The notes: generated by a model from the sequence alone, not told the origin. A stretch of DNA of 64,000 nucleotides from Monocercomonoides exilis PA203 (GCA_001643675.2 LSRY02000025.1:744001-808000), one strand, 5' to 3'. Shown: positions 48,779-61,878, counted from the stretch's first letter. Made by a program: numbers and translations.

Positions 48779-49832
48779 TCATACAGCAAAGCAAACAACA
48801 AGCACAACTGGAGGAAGAGTGGATTTCAATTTGCCTTCAGACGACGAAGATGCAGAAGAAGACGATGACGAATTCTTAGATGGAGAAACATTCATGCAGC
48901 GAGGTGAATGAGCGAAATGCTTTACAAGAAGTGATTTTGTTAAAAATGGATTCTACAAAAATAATCACATAATCCCCCCCCAAAAAAAACCATTTTAATT
49001 TGTTTGGAAAAAAAAAATAAGGAATTTAACTTACAAATATCACAATGACATACTGCTGCGCGATCTTTTTCAGATGCAACATACAAAGGAACAACATGAG
49101 TCAAACGAGAAGGATCAAACTCATGCTTGAAATTATGTTCAAAATAACTTTTATTTGTCCAAGTTGCCATTGGATCTACGCAAGTGCAATCAAATTAAAT
49201 ATGAATATTGGTTAATTTCTAAAATATTTTTTAATCAAGCAATAACACCTTTCATTCGAGCATCAACAACTTCAAAACAAAAACACTTCACATTTTCACT
49301 TTGAAGAATTAATTTCAAAGGATACATGTACGTGTTATATGCCGTTTGTGGATGTCCATCCATCATCGGTTCTGAAAGGTCTGGAAGCAAGGAAAGAGGC
49401 ATAAAAGTCTCAGAATTTAAGGCAAAGAACATTCGAAGCGGAACAACTTGAATGGAGTCCGGAAGAGTTGCTAAAATAAATAAAACAAAGAAATAATATT
49501 AAACAAAATAAATAAAACAGCCAATGAATTTATGCACATTTTAAAAGATCAAATGCACTTTCTGTTTGCTTTCTGAATGATGAGGCAACAAGTCTTGGAA
49601 CAACAAGCGTTGGGAGATCTGCAACATCATCTCCAACAGAAGATAAATATCCACTTGAGCTTTCACCATCAGATACTTCTGTTTCAGTGAAAGAGGCTGA
49701 CGACTCTCTCTTTTTTGTCTTTGCTTTTGTTTTCTTTTTCTTGGGTTTTTTCGTCAGTTTAGAAAGCAAACACGCAAATGCAGCGCCAACGCCAATGTAG
49801 ATAAATGGCTTAACCGCTTCTATTGAAGCCAT
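48779..49832 (-). CDS. Four-exon hypothetical protein with an N-terminal signal-anchor and basic stop-transfer segment
   Basis: MASIEAVKPFIYIGVGAAFACLLSKLTKKPKKKK...LLK|STLPDSIQVVPLRMFF...DARMK|DPMATWTNK...EKDRAA|NPFLTKSLLVKHF...LPPVVLVVCFAV*; phase-compatible GT-AG introns. Confidence 0.65.
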
Positions 49833-50233
49833 TGATATTATTTTAAAAGCACTTTGATCACGACTTGCGGAATTTAATAATTATTCTTTTTGGGAATAAA
49901 TAATAAAGCAAACAATAAAACATGAAATCTTTTGTCCAATTTCAAGTGACAATAACAGTTATATGTTCAAATATTCAACAGTAAATTTTGTCAATGCTGT
50001 ATTTATTCAAAACGCTTGTTGTCCTTTTGCAACAGTAAAAACACGCCGATATCGCATGATAAAAAACAGAGTGTTAAAATCAATAAGCGAATGCACTCTA
50101 CAGACAAAACTTTTCTGGAATAATTACACAAATTTAAATCTTGCTCTTTCTATTTAAGGAAATCTTGAATCGCAAACATTCACTGTTATAAAAATCAATC
50201 ATTGGAAATTTCTTTTTCATTAATATTATTTCA

Positions 50234-51450
50234 ATGCAACAGATGACGTTGAAATTCTTGTATTTGTTGGAGAAAGATGCATATCGAAACATTTGCATGT
50301 ATATGGATAATGTTGGAAATTATTCGAAAAAAGGAGAACGCAATTCATTGGGAACAATTTGCGAAGCACAGCAATTGAATCAACAAGATGCGTTTTTCAT
50401 TGATGGATTGGGCCTTTTATCACACGATTTTGAAATGGAATTTCAAGACGATCAGAAAAGTCATGAAAGAAACACTTGTGTGAAAAAAACCCTTGGATCG
50501 AACGTATGCTTTTATTTTTCTTCTCTCCTTTTTTTCTTTTTAGCATTCAATAAACAAAAAGAAGTATCCATTGAATTTTACGAATGCTTTGAAACAAACT
50601 TTTTCATTCGTTTTATCCATTTTCTTTTCATTTTTTCTTTTGAAGCAAGTTTTATTTCTGATTTTTGAAAGAAATAATCCACTTAATCAAATATGATGAT
50701 TTTTAAAAAGAAAGCATCGGGGAAGAGGGAACGAATCGTGTGGGCCATGTGCACACTCAACTCGAATGAGTGGCTGGAAGAGATTGCTTTTGTCCAGCAA
50801 GGAGAACAGATGGAATGGGCGTTGTGCTGCTTTGGGGAAGCAAGGGAGTTGCAACAGGCACAGCAAGGCACCACAAAAGACAGCATATTCAGATGGCTTT
50901 GGCTTCGCTAAAATTGGCGCAATCCAGCGCAATGCAGGAGATAGGATCGAAGTCAGAGGCATCGGAGGAACATCAGCAAGGGAATATTTCAAAGGAATTT
51001 CTTTGGTTGCAGGAAAAATAAAAACAGAAGGAAAATAAAATAATAAAAAAAAACCAATAATTATTGTATCTTCAGAGTGATGTGGCTGCAATCTTTTATT
51101 GTTGAAGCAGTGAAACGAAAAATGGAAAAGCAAAACAAAGGAAAGAAATAATATTTTTTATGATGCCTCCAACCTCATGCATATTGAATACCCTTTTGTG
51201 TTTGGCTTTTGTGCCATTCTTTGGCCAAGAAGGCCGAGGGTGATGTTATGCGAATTGGCAAGGCCTGGCTCAGACAATCGATTATTGGTTGCCGGAGGGC
51301 TTTGAGGAAAGCCCTTGGCTGTCGCAAGCCTGAGCAAGGATGCAGAAGCACATGGCAGTGCAACTCTGTCGTTGAGAATCGCCTGTTCTGCGAAAATGAG
51401 GCCAAGAGGAGCAAAATATGTGCTTTGCTCAAACAAATAAGCAAACTTTA
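50234..51450 (+). pseudogene. Relic of a spliced gene: GC-richer exon-like patches broken by stops
   Basis: Three coding-like patches (~50234-50500, 50710-51030, 51160-51450) separated by AT-rich intron-like spacers; no clean continuous frame; family unrecognised. Confidence 0.3.
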
Positions 51451-51555
51451 GGGGGAAAAACAAACACAAAACAAACATCACTGGCGATGATCACCAGCGC
51501 AATTGAAATTCTCTTCTTTCAAATACACTTTTTTTTCCCCATTTCTTTTTCATTC

Positions 51556-54500
51556 TCAAATTTTGGTGTTGACCGTTGGCTGGGCTTCGTTGGCAGTGCT
51601 GCTGGCTGAGAAGGCCAAGGATGTTGTGCCTTGCCTGTGTCCGTCGGTCGAGTCTTCGAGGTCGACTGCGTCTGTGAGGGTGAGGACAGCTGCGCCAGGC
51701 GGGAAGCGCCCGATGAACTCTCTTTTGAGCTGGACAAGGGAGGGGCGTGCACCAGGCGACTGGGACACACAGCTCTTCACAAGGCCAAAGAAGGAAGAGC
51801 ACTGCACTGCCTCGAGTGCTGGCCGCTCTCCGTTCGCAATCTTCTGCCCTGCCACCTCTGCCTCATACTCCCCAAACGGGATCTGCAGAGTCAAGCACTC
51901 CCACAGCATCATCCCAATCGAGAACGAGACTGACTCCTTTGCTGCTCCCATCTTCTTGTTGATCAGCAGTTCTGGTGCCTTCCACCTCAAGCACTCTTTC
52001 CTGAAGTCATCTTCATCCTCAAATGCTGATGAGGGAAGAGAATCTTCATCGTCATCATCACTGGCAGAAGTCACAGCTGTTGATGAAGAGATAGATGAAG
52101 AATCTGAATCATTAGACAATAAGTCAGAGTGAATCACAATGCAGATGACCATGTGTTCTGAAAATAGAACAATGTGCGGACTCAGATTGGATAATGACTG
52201 AAGAGGATTTTCCATTTCTTCAAACGAGTGAAGTGCCCCATTCGCCACCCAGAACAGGATTTGGGCAGCTGTTTGCTCTCTTTGTTGAAGGCTCCCAATT
52301 GCCATCTCCTTCTTCTCGTTTCTTCCATGCAACAGCATGAACAGAGAATCCCTCAAATCCACAATCAGCTTCTCATGCGGAGAAGAGCAGCTCATCGCAT
52401 CCACCAGATTCGACATTGACGAAGTGGTTGGGCACAAATCTTCCCCTCGAACAAATGTGGATTCAGTGTCTGAAGTGTCTGTGGTTGAAGTGGATGAAAT
52501 GGATGGAGAAGGAGATCTCTTTCTTGTCTCTTCCTCTTCATCCTTCTCCAATGCCCATTCAGGAATCTTGTCTGAGTCTCTTCCCAGAATGTATTCAGTG
52601 GAACCACTCTCAGATAGAAGATGCTCTGATGACTCTGAATGCTGCATATTCGTATCATATGCTCTTTTCTTGATTCTCTCTTCATTCTTCTTCTCTGCCT
52701 CTCTCTCGGCTCTTCTCCACTGCTCCTCAGGTGACATTTCCATTGTCACCATCTCAAATGCCTTCGGATCTTTTCTGATGTTATCATTCACAATCACTTC
52801 AAGTTCTTCTGTTCTTCTCTTTTGCTTTCTCCATCTGACTGCCAAAACAACAATTATCGCCAACAACATTATGAAAACTGAACAAGCGATCACAATTAAC
52901 AACCAATAAGATTTCCCTTCTTTTCCTCCTTCAACAATTCTTTCGTCTCCATTTGCTTTTCCATCGCTCTTGTTCTTCAGGATGAAAGGCTCAGTGGCTG
53001 AGGGAGCATCAGCATTGCCAAAGAGCAGACACACAGACACCTCTGCCTCTGCTGGCGCCTCTCGAAGGATGCTCCCTTGTATTTCCCCAAAGGCCTCCTT
53101 TTCCGAGACAAGCCCTTTTGCATCGAACTCGTACCGATGCAGCAATTCCTCGGTTCCGATGGTTGTTGCCAGCAGGAACGACAGATTGCAGGGCAAGAGG
53201 AGCTCTCCCTGGAATCTGATTGTGACCTCGCTCTGTTCATCTGCTTCGTTTCCCGCCTCGTGTGCAGAATGGAGTGTTGGGATGAAGAAGGGAGACAGCC
53301 TGTGGCGGGGGATGCCGGCAAGCGTGCATCCGCTGTCCAGTATCCACAGAGAGGTGTTGTCTTTCGCGCCGTCTCCCCCTTTCACGCTCGCCAGGGTCAG
53401 CGACGCCCCATCGGAGCAGGCGATGTTCCGGCGGGCAGACGGATAGCTGCTGGCCGAAGGGCTGCTGCGGGCAGAGGGGCTGTTGCCCACAAACTTTGCA
53501 TCGTCCATGCGGACAGTGCCTCCCGAGACAGACAGCGCTCCGTCAGATGCGTTTGCCACTGTGAGATCGCTGATGGCTGCTGTTGTGTTGCACAGATGGA
53601 CCAGCGATGCATTCCACGAGCAGATGCTGTCTGCGCTGTTTCTGTTTCTGTTTCCGTTTCTGTTTCCATTTTCATTTTCATTTGCACTTTCAGTGGTTTC
53701 TGAAGGTGCTCCCTCAAACACACACATGGCCAGCGAGAGATCTGCTGCATTGCTCACACTCACAACGCTCCCCTGCTGTGCCGGTTCATCAGCATCGTTG
53801 CCAGGGGATGGGCCACATTGCGAGCAGGTGAAGTTGGACAGGGACATGTGTGCAGAGGGGGAAGACGCAGAAAGCACAGACGAGCCAAAGGAGGTGCTTG
53901 TGCTTGTGCTGGTGCTGGAGCTGGAGCGTGTGTTTGTGCAGTTGCGGAAAGACGAGCCGGAAAAGGCGATGTCTCCCGTGGCAGTGGCAGGGAGGCAGAG
54001 GATGCTGCCCTGCGAAAACACCAGATGTTCGGCTGCCACGCTGTGTGCCGAGGCGCTCTGGCACTGGCGGAACTCGAAGGCGCTGGCTGACAGCTGGAGG
54101 TGCTGGAGGCTTATGTTTGCGAGGGCGACACGGTTGGCAGTGGAGAGGAGGAAAGGCGGGAGAGCAAACGCGAGGTGCAGGACGGAGCAGTTGTCGACAG
54201 TCAGGTGGCCACCCTCGATGGCGAGCAGGGAGGAGTTGAGGAGCACCGGGTGTGCAGCTGGAGAGGTGGCTGATGAAGTGGCAGAGGAAGCAAACTGGAC
54301 AAAGGAGAGCGAGAGGTGGCCATCGGTGTGGCACACAACAGCACTGCCTGTGTGCGAAAATAATGGGCTGAAGAGGAAGTCGAGGCACTCGATCCGGACG
54401 TTTGCAGAGGTTGCGAGGATGGCTGGGCAGTGCTGGATGGGGGTGTCGAGGTGGACGAGCGCAGAGGAAGGGGACTCGAGCGAGCGGATGCTCACGCTGG

Positions 54501-57500
54501 TTGCGCTGCATGGCGAGCAGATGGCTGTCTGGTGCGACACCAGCAGCTGGGAGTATTGAGACGGAACGATGTGCTGCACCCCTCATTCAGCGACTCGCAA
54601 GGCTTGCCGAACTCTCCACATTGCTTGCTGTCTTCGTGGTTGTCTGCAGCAGAAGACACAAAGATCGTCTCGCTCTGGTATTTCACAACCCTCAGCAGCA
54701 GATCCTCTTCCCCCACAAACGAGTCTGTTGTGCAGCCCCACATTGCTAGATCCTTCACAAACGGAGCTCGGAAGTCCAGCAAGAATTGCTCATCTGCAAT
54801 TTGATTTTCGATTGAGCGGCATCTCGCATACACATCTCTCCCTCTGAACGCAGCGTTGTCTCGGAATGTGATGTTGGATAATACAAACTTCAGAGGCTGC
54901 TCAGCTGTTGAAGTGCATTCCAGAAACAGCCACCCACCTCTTCCTGTGGTTGAGCAGAAGCACTCAGAAATCGTGCAAAACAAGCAGTCAAGGTGTCCTC
55001 CTTCGTTCAACAGGGCAAACATCGCCCCTCCCTTTCCACACCTCGTTCCACCACACTTCTTCATCGTTGTGTTTCGTATAACCATTTTCAAAGGCTCATC
55101 ATCATTGTCATTTCGAATGACAGGATTGTCATCCGTCGTGTTCTGGGTGACTTCTTCGAATACACTCCACTCAACAACAATGTTTTGTTCATCTTCATTT
55201 TTTCCTCTTTTTGATCCCTTCGAAATGCTCAATCCACTTGATCCATCCAGATCAACATTCTTCATCGTCAGATTTTTGATGTTCAGCATCGTTGAAGATA
55301 ACACAGAAATCACATCCTTTGAAAAAGACAGCGATTGCATTGTCACCAATTCCAATTGAACTGTGCCTCCATCTGCCTTGATCAGCCCATAGCTGATTAT
55401 TTCTTCTTCACTTTCTTCCATTTTTGTGAATGAACAGTCCTTCACAGTCAACAACGCATCACATGATCCAACATGCATCAAACTTTTAACATCACCAGTG
55501 AATGAAGATGGCATCACAAAGTTTATCAGTTCGAAGTTTGTAATTCCCTGAATCTTCATTGCTGCTTTCTCTGATCCTTCAAGCGAAGCGAGACACTCCA
55601 AGGAGCAAATGAGGCTATTATCTGATTTTATTGCAGCCCCGCTGACATCAACACATTTCTGAAGAACTCCTTTTCCAATGATGTTTATATCCCTTTCATT
55701 TCCTTCGGACAATCGATCCAGAGAATAATCGATTGACAGGCAAGGACAATCCGAAAACCCACAGGCACCCATATCTTTTCCTTCGCCTCCAACAAATATC
55801 TCTGATCCAAGTGCAATCCAGAAATACACCAGCGGAATGGCATTTGTTGTGTCATTCCCATCAAACCCTCTCATCGAATCCAAGGAAATATCATTCAGAT
55901 TCTTACATACAAACGGAAGGGATGCATTTGTGATGCTCTTTGTCAGGCTTGGCGATTCGACAAACAGGTCATTTCCATATCTTGCAACATTCGGCTTATC
56001 AGAATCAAAAACAGGAGATGAGATCACAAACAAAGAATAATCATCAATCAACTTCAGTGCCATCCCTCCTCCAAAGCCAGATTTCTCCTCTTCAGTTGGT
56101 GCTGTGCATCCTATGAATGTGCATGAAATAACATTCATTTGAATGTTTCCTTTCAACTGAGAAAACATTGCCCCTCCTCTGCTTTCATCAGCCAAAACAG
56201 AGCATCTATCAAAAACACATTCGGTAACATCAACTCTCTCACCTTCACCGTTATCATTGCTGATGTCAATGTAAATACAACCTCCATTTCCAGTTACTCT
56301 TTCTATTGTCTTCATTTCACATTTGGTGATGTTCAAGCTCTTTATGCTTCTGCATTCCATCAAGCATCCGCTTTGCTCCCCACTTCCTGAAAAGCGGCTT
56401 TCTGCAATTTCAACTGAAGGGACTCCTCCATTTCTTCCATTGGCAATGATTGCACTTGTCTGCCATCTGATTCCATTCCCAAACGTATTGCTTATTGCAA
56501 TCTTGCCTCTTTCCGCTTTCACAAAGGAAACATCCAAGCTATTTTTTGATGCAATAATCCCACAATCCTGAATTGTCAGTGAGCTGGAAATGCAATGGAA
56601 AATGCTTTCGTGAGATCCTATTCTTTCAGCAACAGAAAACACCAACTCAGCAAAGGTGGTTGGGCAGTGTATCTCAAATACTCCTTTTTGAGCACCAGAA
56701 ATGTCAGCTGCTATCTCATAACTTGAGATATTTCCTTCTCCAGTCACGTTCCATTCATCTATATCCATGATCAGCTCTTCCACAAATGAAAATGGCGAAT
56801 GCAGTTTTATCGACTTGTTTTTTCCAGAAAACCTCAAATCTGCTGCCTGAGTAATTGTGCAACACGGAACCTGCTCAAATCCACACCCACTGAAATCATG
56901 TGCCTTCTGCCCTCCAACGTGGCAAGGAGATGTGAAGTTGTTCCAAAAATACACAACAAGTGGTATCACGAATTCTTCATTTGCCGTTGAGCGCTCAAAC
57001 CCGTTCAACTTGTGAAGTTCATTCACATCAACATTGAAGCCGATTGTTGCCGTGTTTGTTACAGCCCTCAGATCATTTGCATCCAAAAACAAGTCTTTCC
57101 CTTTCCTTCCTGAACATCCATCAAATCTCACGCTCTTCAATACAAAATCAGATGCTCCAGCATCCAAATACAAGCAGGCCCCTCCTCCAAATCCTTTGCC
57201 TCCATCAACATTTGCTGATGCCTCACAATGAGAGAAGCACACTTTTTCCTCCTGTTCATTTTCATTTTCATTTTCATTTTCATTGTTTGAAGGCGCTTCC
57301 GTCACATTGCCAATCCTGAGGGATGATCCGCTTTTTGCCCGCACCCACAATCCCCCTCCATTCCCTCCCTCACTTTTGCATGAACTCATTGTTCCCTCTT
57401 CAAACACAAAGGAACAGCCACTTTCAAGTGTGCATTCAATCGCTCCCCCGTTCTGATTATTCACAGCAAAGTTCGAAATGTCAGAGCGTATAATGACAAT

Positions 57501-60500
57501 TTTGTTTGCATCTGTTGTGGAGATAAGACGCGAGGATGCCAGCTCTTCCGATCGAGCAATTGAAGAAACAACGCTGTCACACACCTGAAGAGAAGCGTTG
57601 TTCTTCACTTCAAATAGTCCTGATGTGAAAGATGTTCCGATCGCATTCAGTTGAACGCTTTTTAATTCTGCCTTTGTGATGCTTCCTGATAATGAGATCA
57701 ATGGATTTCCGCTCAAAGTGATTGACGAAGCTGAGAACGAATCAATTGTCAGGATTCCCGAGGCAATGGATAAGAATAAGGATACCAGTTCTGATGAAGA
57801 ATCTTGAAGAGTTAAAGAGCAATGTGATAGGGTTAGTGTTGAAGAAGATGACGAAATAAAAGTGGAATGCGATGAAAAAGAAGAAGGAAGAGAGAAGATA
57901 AGTTTTGACAAGACTGTTTCAACGCTTGTTGTTAACATCGCTGAATTGGATGTCGCACTCGAATCAGAGACTGTCCAGCCACTTTCATCATCATTTCCTC
58001 GGATTTCATGCTTTTGATTGGCAAAAGCCAATTCATCAGCCATCATAATCATTCCACTCGCAGTAACTTTCTTTGTTTCTGTTTGACGTGTGAGAGAGTG
58101 CTTTATTGTCAAACAGGGGAATTGGACTATTCCACAATGAGAATGATCAGATGCCTCAGTATTACTCACATATATTTCTTCCGGGGTGGGAAGGAGATAT
58201 ATGCACAGAGGGATGGCCACAGTGTTGTTTCCATTGTCATATCCTCTCACCTTGTCAAACGAGTCCAAAGAGGCTGCTACGCATTGAATCTTTTGTGACC
58301 TTGCAGTTTCTTCCAGGTCTGGTGAAAGGACAAAGATGTCTCTTCCCCATTTGGCTGTGTTCGTTCCAAATGAAGAGGAGATTTTGAAATTTGGATTTGC
58401 ATTCAATAGCTGGAGAAGGATTCCTCCTCCGAGTCCATTTGTCACCGAGCAATAGCAGCCATTAAAAGACCCGTCTTTCACATTCACTTCATTTGCATCC
58501 CCAACACACAACATCATTGATCCTCCATTCTCTGAGCCCGTGCTCCCACAACCAGAAAATGAACAAGAATCCAGATTCATGTTTGCCTTATCATTGGAAA
58601 ATGTCAATACAGCTGCTTCACTATTTGTTCTCTCAATCCCATCAAAGGCACACTCCGAAAGCGTCAATGATATTTCATTTGTCGAAGAAAGCGAAAACAA
58701 TGAAGTTGTGGAGATCGTCTTTGCCCAGTTCACATTGTCCATCTGCAGCACACCATTCTGAACATTGATCAGCTCTGTTGTGAATGCTGTTTCTGTTGAT
58801 TGTCCACTTCCAATAGATACGTTCAGACTGCTGATACTCATTACTCCTGCTCCATTTATCTCAAACAGCCATGACCCACGGTTATTCGGATGAGCCGAAC
58901 TGTGTAAAAGGGCAAAGTCACTGACAGACAATGTGCCTGTCGAGACAGCAAAAAGAGACAACCCAGCTGCTTCCAATTCTGTCTGCACTGTTGTGCTCAA
59001 ACCACTCTGGCCATATATCGTGAAAGAGTTTGTGCCACAATCCACACTTTTGGTTTCTGTAATCGTTCCTGTGAGTATCTGGACATCCTTCACAACATCC
59101 GGGATCAGCTGAGTGAGGCAATGGCTGATGGTGCCACACGGATGAGACTCATTAATTCCGCATGCATATGTGTCTTTTGCATTTGGCTGTGTTTCAGTTG
59201 ATGAGACAAATCTCACACTTCCAAAATCGTTTCTCAGCCATTTGCTTTTATCATTTATTGAATTGAAATCGGAACTCACTCTATTTTCTATTTGTCTTGT
59301 TGAGAAACAGCTGAAATCAATGTTGTTTGATGTTGAACCATGCAAAACAATATCGTGTCCTCCCCTTTTGCACGTGTTATTGTGAAAAAAGCAGTAATAA
59401 AACAAGACGCCATTATTATTTGCGTTAACGTGCTGTGTGACAGCACCTCCTCCACACATTGAATGGCAATGACAAAAGAGACAATTGGAAATAACCACTT
59501 TGTCCGTTGGATTCCAATGTTCAATAGCTCCACCATTTCCATCTATTGTATCATTGGCACTACAAAACAAAAACTTTGAATTAATAATGCAGGGTTTTTG
59601 TTTTTCTGTTTTTGTTGGTCGGAAATCAATTGCCCCTCCATCTTCTCCAGATGAACAGTCTTCAAACGAGCAATCATCAACCAAAGACTGTATAAGGACG
59701 TTCCCCATCATAACACCACCTCCACCCAAATCATTTGTCCCTTCGCAAGAACAGTTAATAAATGTGGAATGTTTAACTGAGCATTCTGCAATGTTCAAAG
59801 CACATATTCCACCACCATTTGTTGAAGAAGCATTGCATTTTGTGAAAGAACAATTTTCAACATCCAAAATTGCATTTTCATTGTTATACACATAAATGGC
59901 ACCTCCTTGTGGTGCTGTGCAATCTTCCCATTCGCACAACGAAAATGATTGGCTCTCTGTTAAATTCATTTGCCCTTTTTTCTCAAGAGCATTCATTTCT
60001 CTTTTCCCGTTGCTTATTGTTGTGTTTCTGCAGACAAATTCCTGTGAAGAATGCGAACCACTTGAGATCCCTCCTTCAAAGACATTTACACATGAATAAA
60101 TGAGTGCATTTTCCATTAAACTCAACAGGCATGAATGCTCCATTTGAAAATCACTGCTCTTGTCAGATTTCACAGACATGTTGCAGAAGGTGCAGTCATT
60201 GATCATTTGGCTCTTGGATTTTCCACATGAAAGAAACGGAAAACAATTCGAAACAAAAAGATTGGACAAGCAAGAGTTGTTTAGTGTTATTGAATTAGAT
60301 GCATCAGATGATTGGATGAGGCTTCGAGGATAGATGTTCGGTTGTGGAAGAAGTGTGAGATTTGAAAATTCAAGTGTTCCACTTTGCAGGAGGAACAAGA
60401 AGGAAGGAGATTGAGGTAACAAACAATTGAAGGAATGAAAAGATGATTGACTTTCAATGAATGCAAATGAGGAAGATGAGAGTTTAATGAGAGTGGAAGA

Positions 60501-60794
60501 TATAGTTATTGAAGAATTGATGATGCAGAAGAAAGTGGACATTGAGGAAACAGCCAAAGGGTTTGAAAATGTGGAAGAAGGCAAAACATGTTCAAATGTC
60601 TTTTTGATGATGTTGGTGGACAACTTGTTAGAATCATCAGCCATTTTGATTAAACCTGAACCGGGAAAAGTGTGCAGTGAATGAGCAATTGGGGAGGATT
60701 TTTGCTCATGGAAGGGGGATGGCAGAGCAGTGTTCAAGGTTGTAGTCAGCACAAAGAAGAGCAAGCACACATATAAAGACAGCTGAGACTGCAT
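51556..60794 (-). CDS. Giant receptor-like pseudokinase, paralog B (~3,080 aa if repaired), split by a 1-bp deletion at 54579-54582
   Basis: ORFs 54492-60962 and 51556-54579 join into a homolog of paralog A. Likely start MQSQLSLYVCLLFFVLTTTLNTA at 60794; five CG...PC module heads; TM; LRWKAPE kinase C-lobe. Confidence 0.85.
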
Positions 60795-61140
60795 GGAACT
60801 GTATTCAAGAGATGCTAATGAAAGGATAACAATAACAAATGCTTGCCTTAAAAAAAACAACAAAAACGAAAAATACTTTTTAAATTTTGTGGGGGAAAAA
60901 ACGAAATACTCAATGGAATATGGAATTTGATATGAGTTCGCAAAAATGAAATAAATAACCACAATTCGAAATTTGAAATATTTTTTGTATATCCAGAATA
61001 TATATCTTGGAGATCAAAAGATAACCCTCATTTTTTTTTGGAAAGTTTTTCGATAAAGCTTATGTTTAAACAGATAAATTATCTTCACTTCAATTTTTGT
61101 AAGTATCCAATACTGTGGATTAAATATTAAAATAATTTTC

Positions 61141-61392
61141 GGTTAGTGGAGTTGATCCTGGTACCAAGGTGATCCTACCCACTATTTATATCGTTTTCAT
61201 TTTGAGAATCTCTTCTTGGGTTAACCCTAACCCTAATTTTGCTCTGTAAAACCCTAAACCATCACACTATCCAATATGAACTTGTTTAATTCGTCAAAAC
61301 CCTAAAACCTCAAAAGCACAATTAGAATAAATTACAAAATTTTAATAATAAAGGGCGTTGATCATGAAGTACCAGGATCTTCTCCATTTGCC
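61141..61392. mobile_element. Merlin-like MITE (252 bp) with internal telomeric repeats
   Basis: GG...CC termini; TGGAGTTGATCCTGGTAC (61147-61164) vs reverse complement TGGAGAAGATCCTGGTAC (61369-61386); 8-bp flanks TAATTTTC / TTATTTTC (7/8). Confidence 0.7.
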
Positions 61393-61619
61393 TTATTTTC
61401 ATCAGTTCCAAAATTTTTGTTGATATTAAATATTATTTTTATCATTTTCTTCAAGCGGAATTTCATATAAAAAAACCGTTGAATGTTTTTGATAAAAGAT
61501 ACTTCTCTTTCACAGATAAATGAAATATTAATTTATTGAGTTGAAATATCAAATCATAGCAATGGAGAATGGTTCAAATAATATCTATCTATGAGAAAAA
61601 TAATTATTAAACTCATGTT

Positions 61620-61878
61620 CGTTTTTATTTTTTTCAAATCATAACATTTTTGGGGTTGATTATTTTGAAAATTCATTGTCGTTTGCTAAATTTTTTTCAT
61701 TCAAATGAAAAATGTTTTTCAATCGTTTCAAAAGCCAAAAGTTGATAAAAAAGTATGTAAAAAAATATTTTTTTGTTTGGGTCTCAACTTTTCTGCATTC
61801 ATAAAATAAAAAGTTAAAACAAAATTATCAAACTGATATTTTTATTCGAAAAAATAAGATTTCGAAAACGATCACACA
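61620..61878. mobile_element. MITE family A copy (degenerate)
   Basis: AAATCATAACATTTTTGGGGTTG...TTCATTGTCGTTTGCTAAA...AAAGCCA...GATCACACATA aligns with 62772-63030. Confidence 0.65.

Noticed and set aside
60795-60962. N-terminal extension of ORF 54492-60962
   Set aside because: Non-ATG start in AT-rich DNA; the ATG at 60794 begins a plausible signal peptide.
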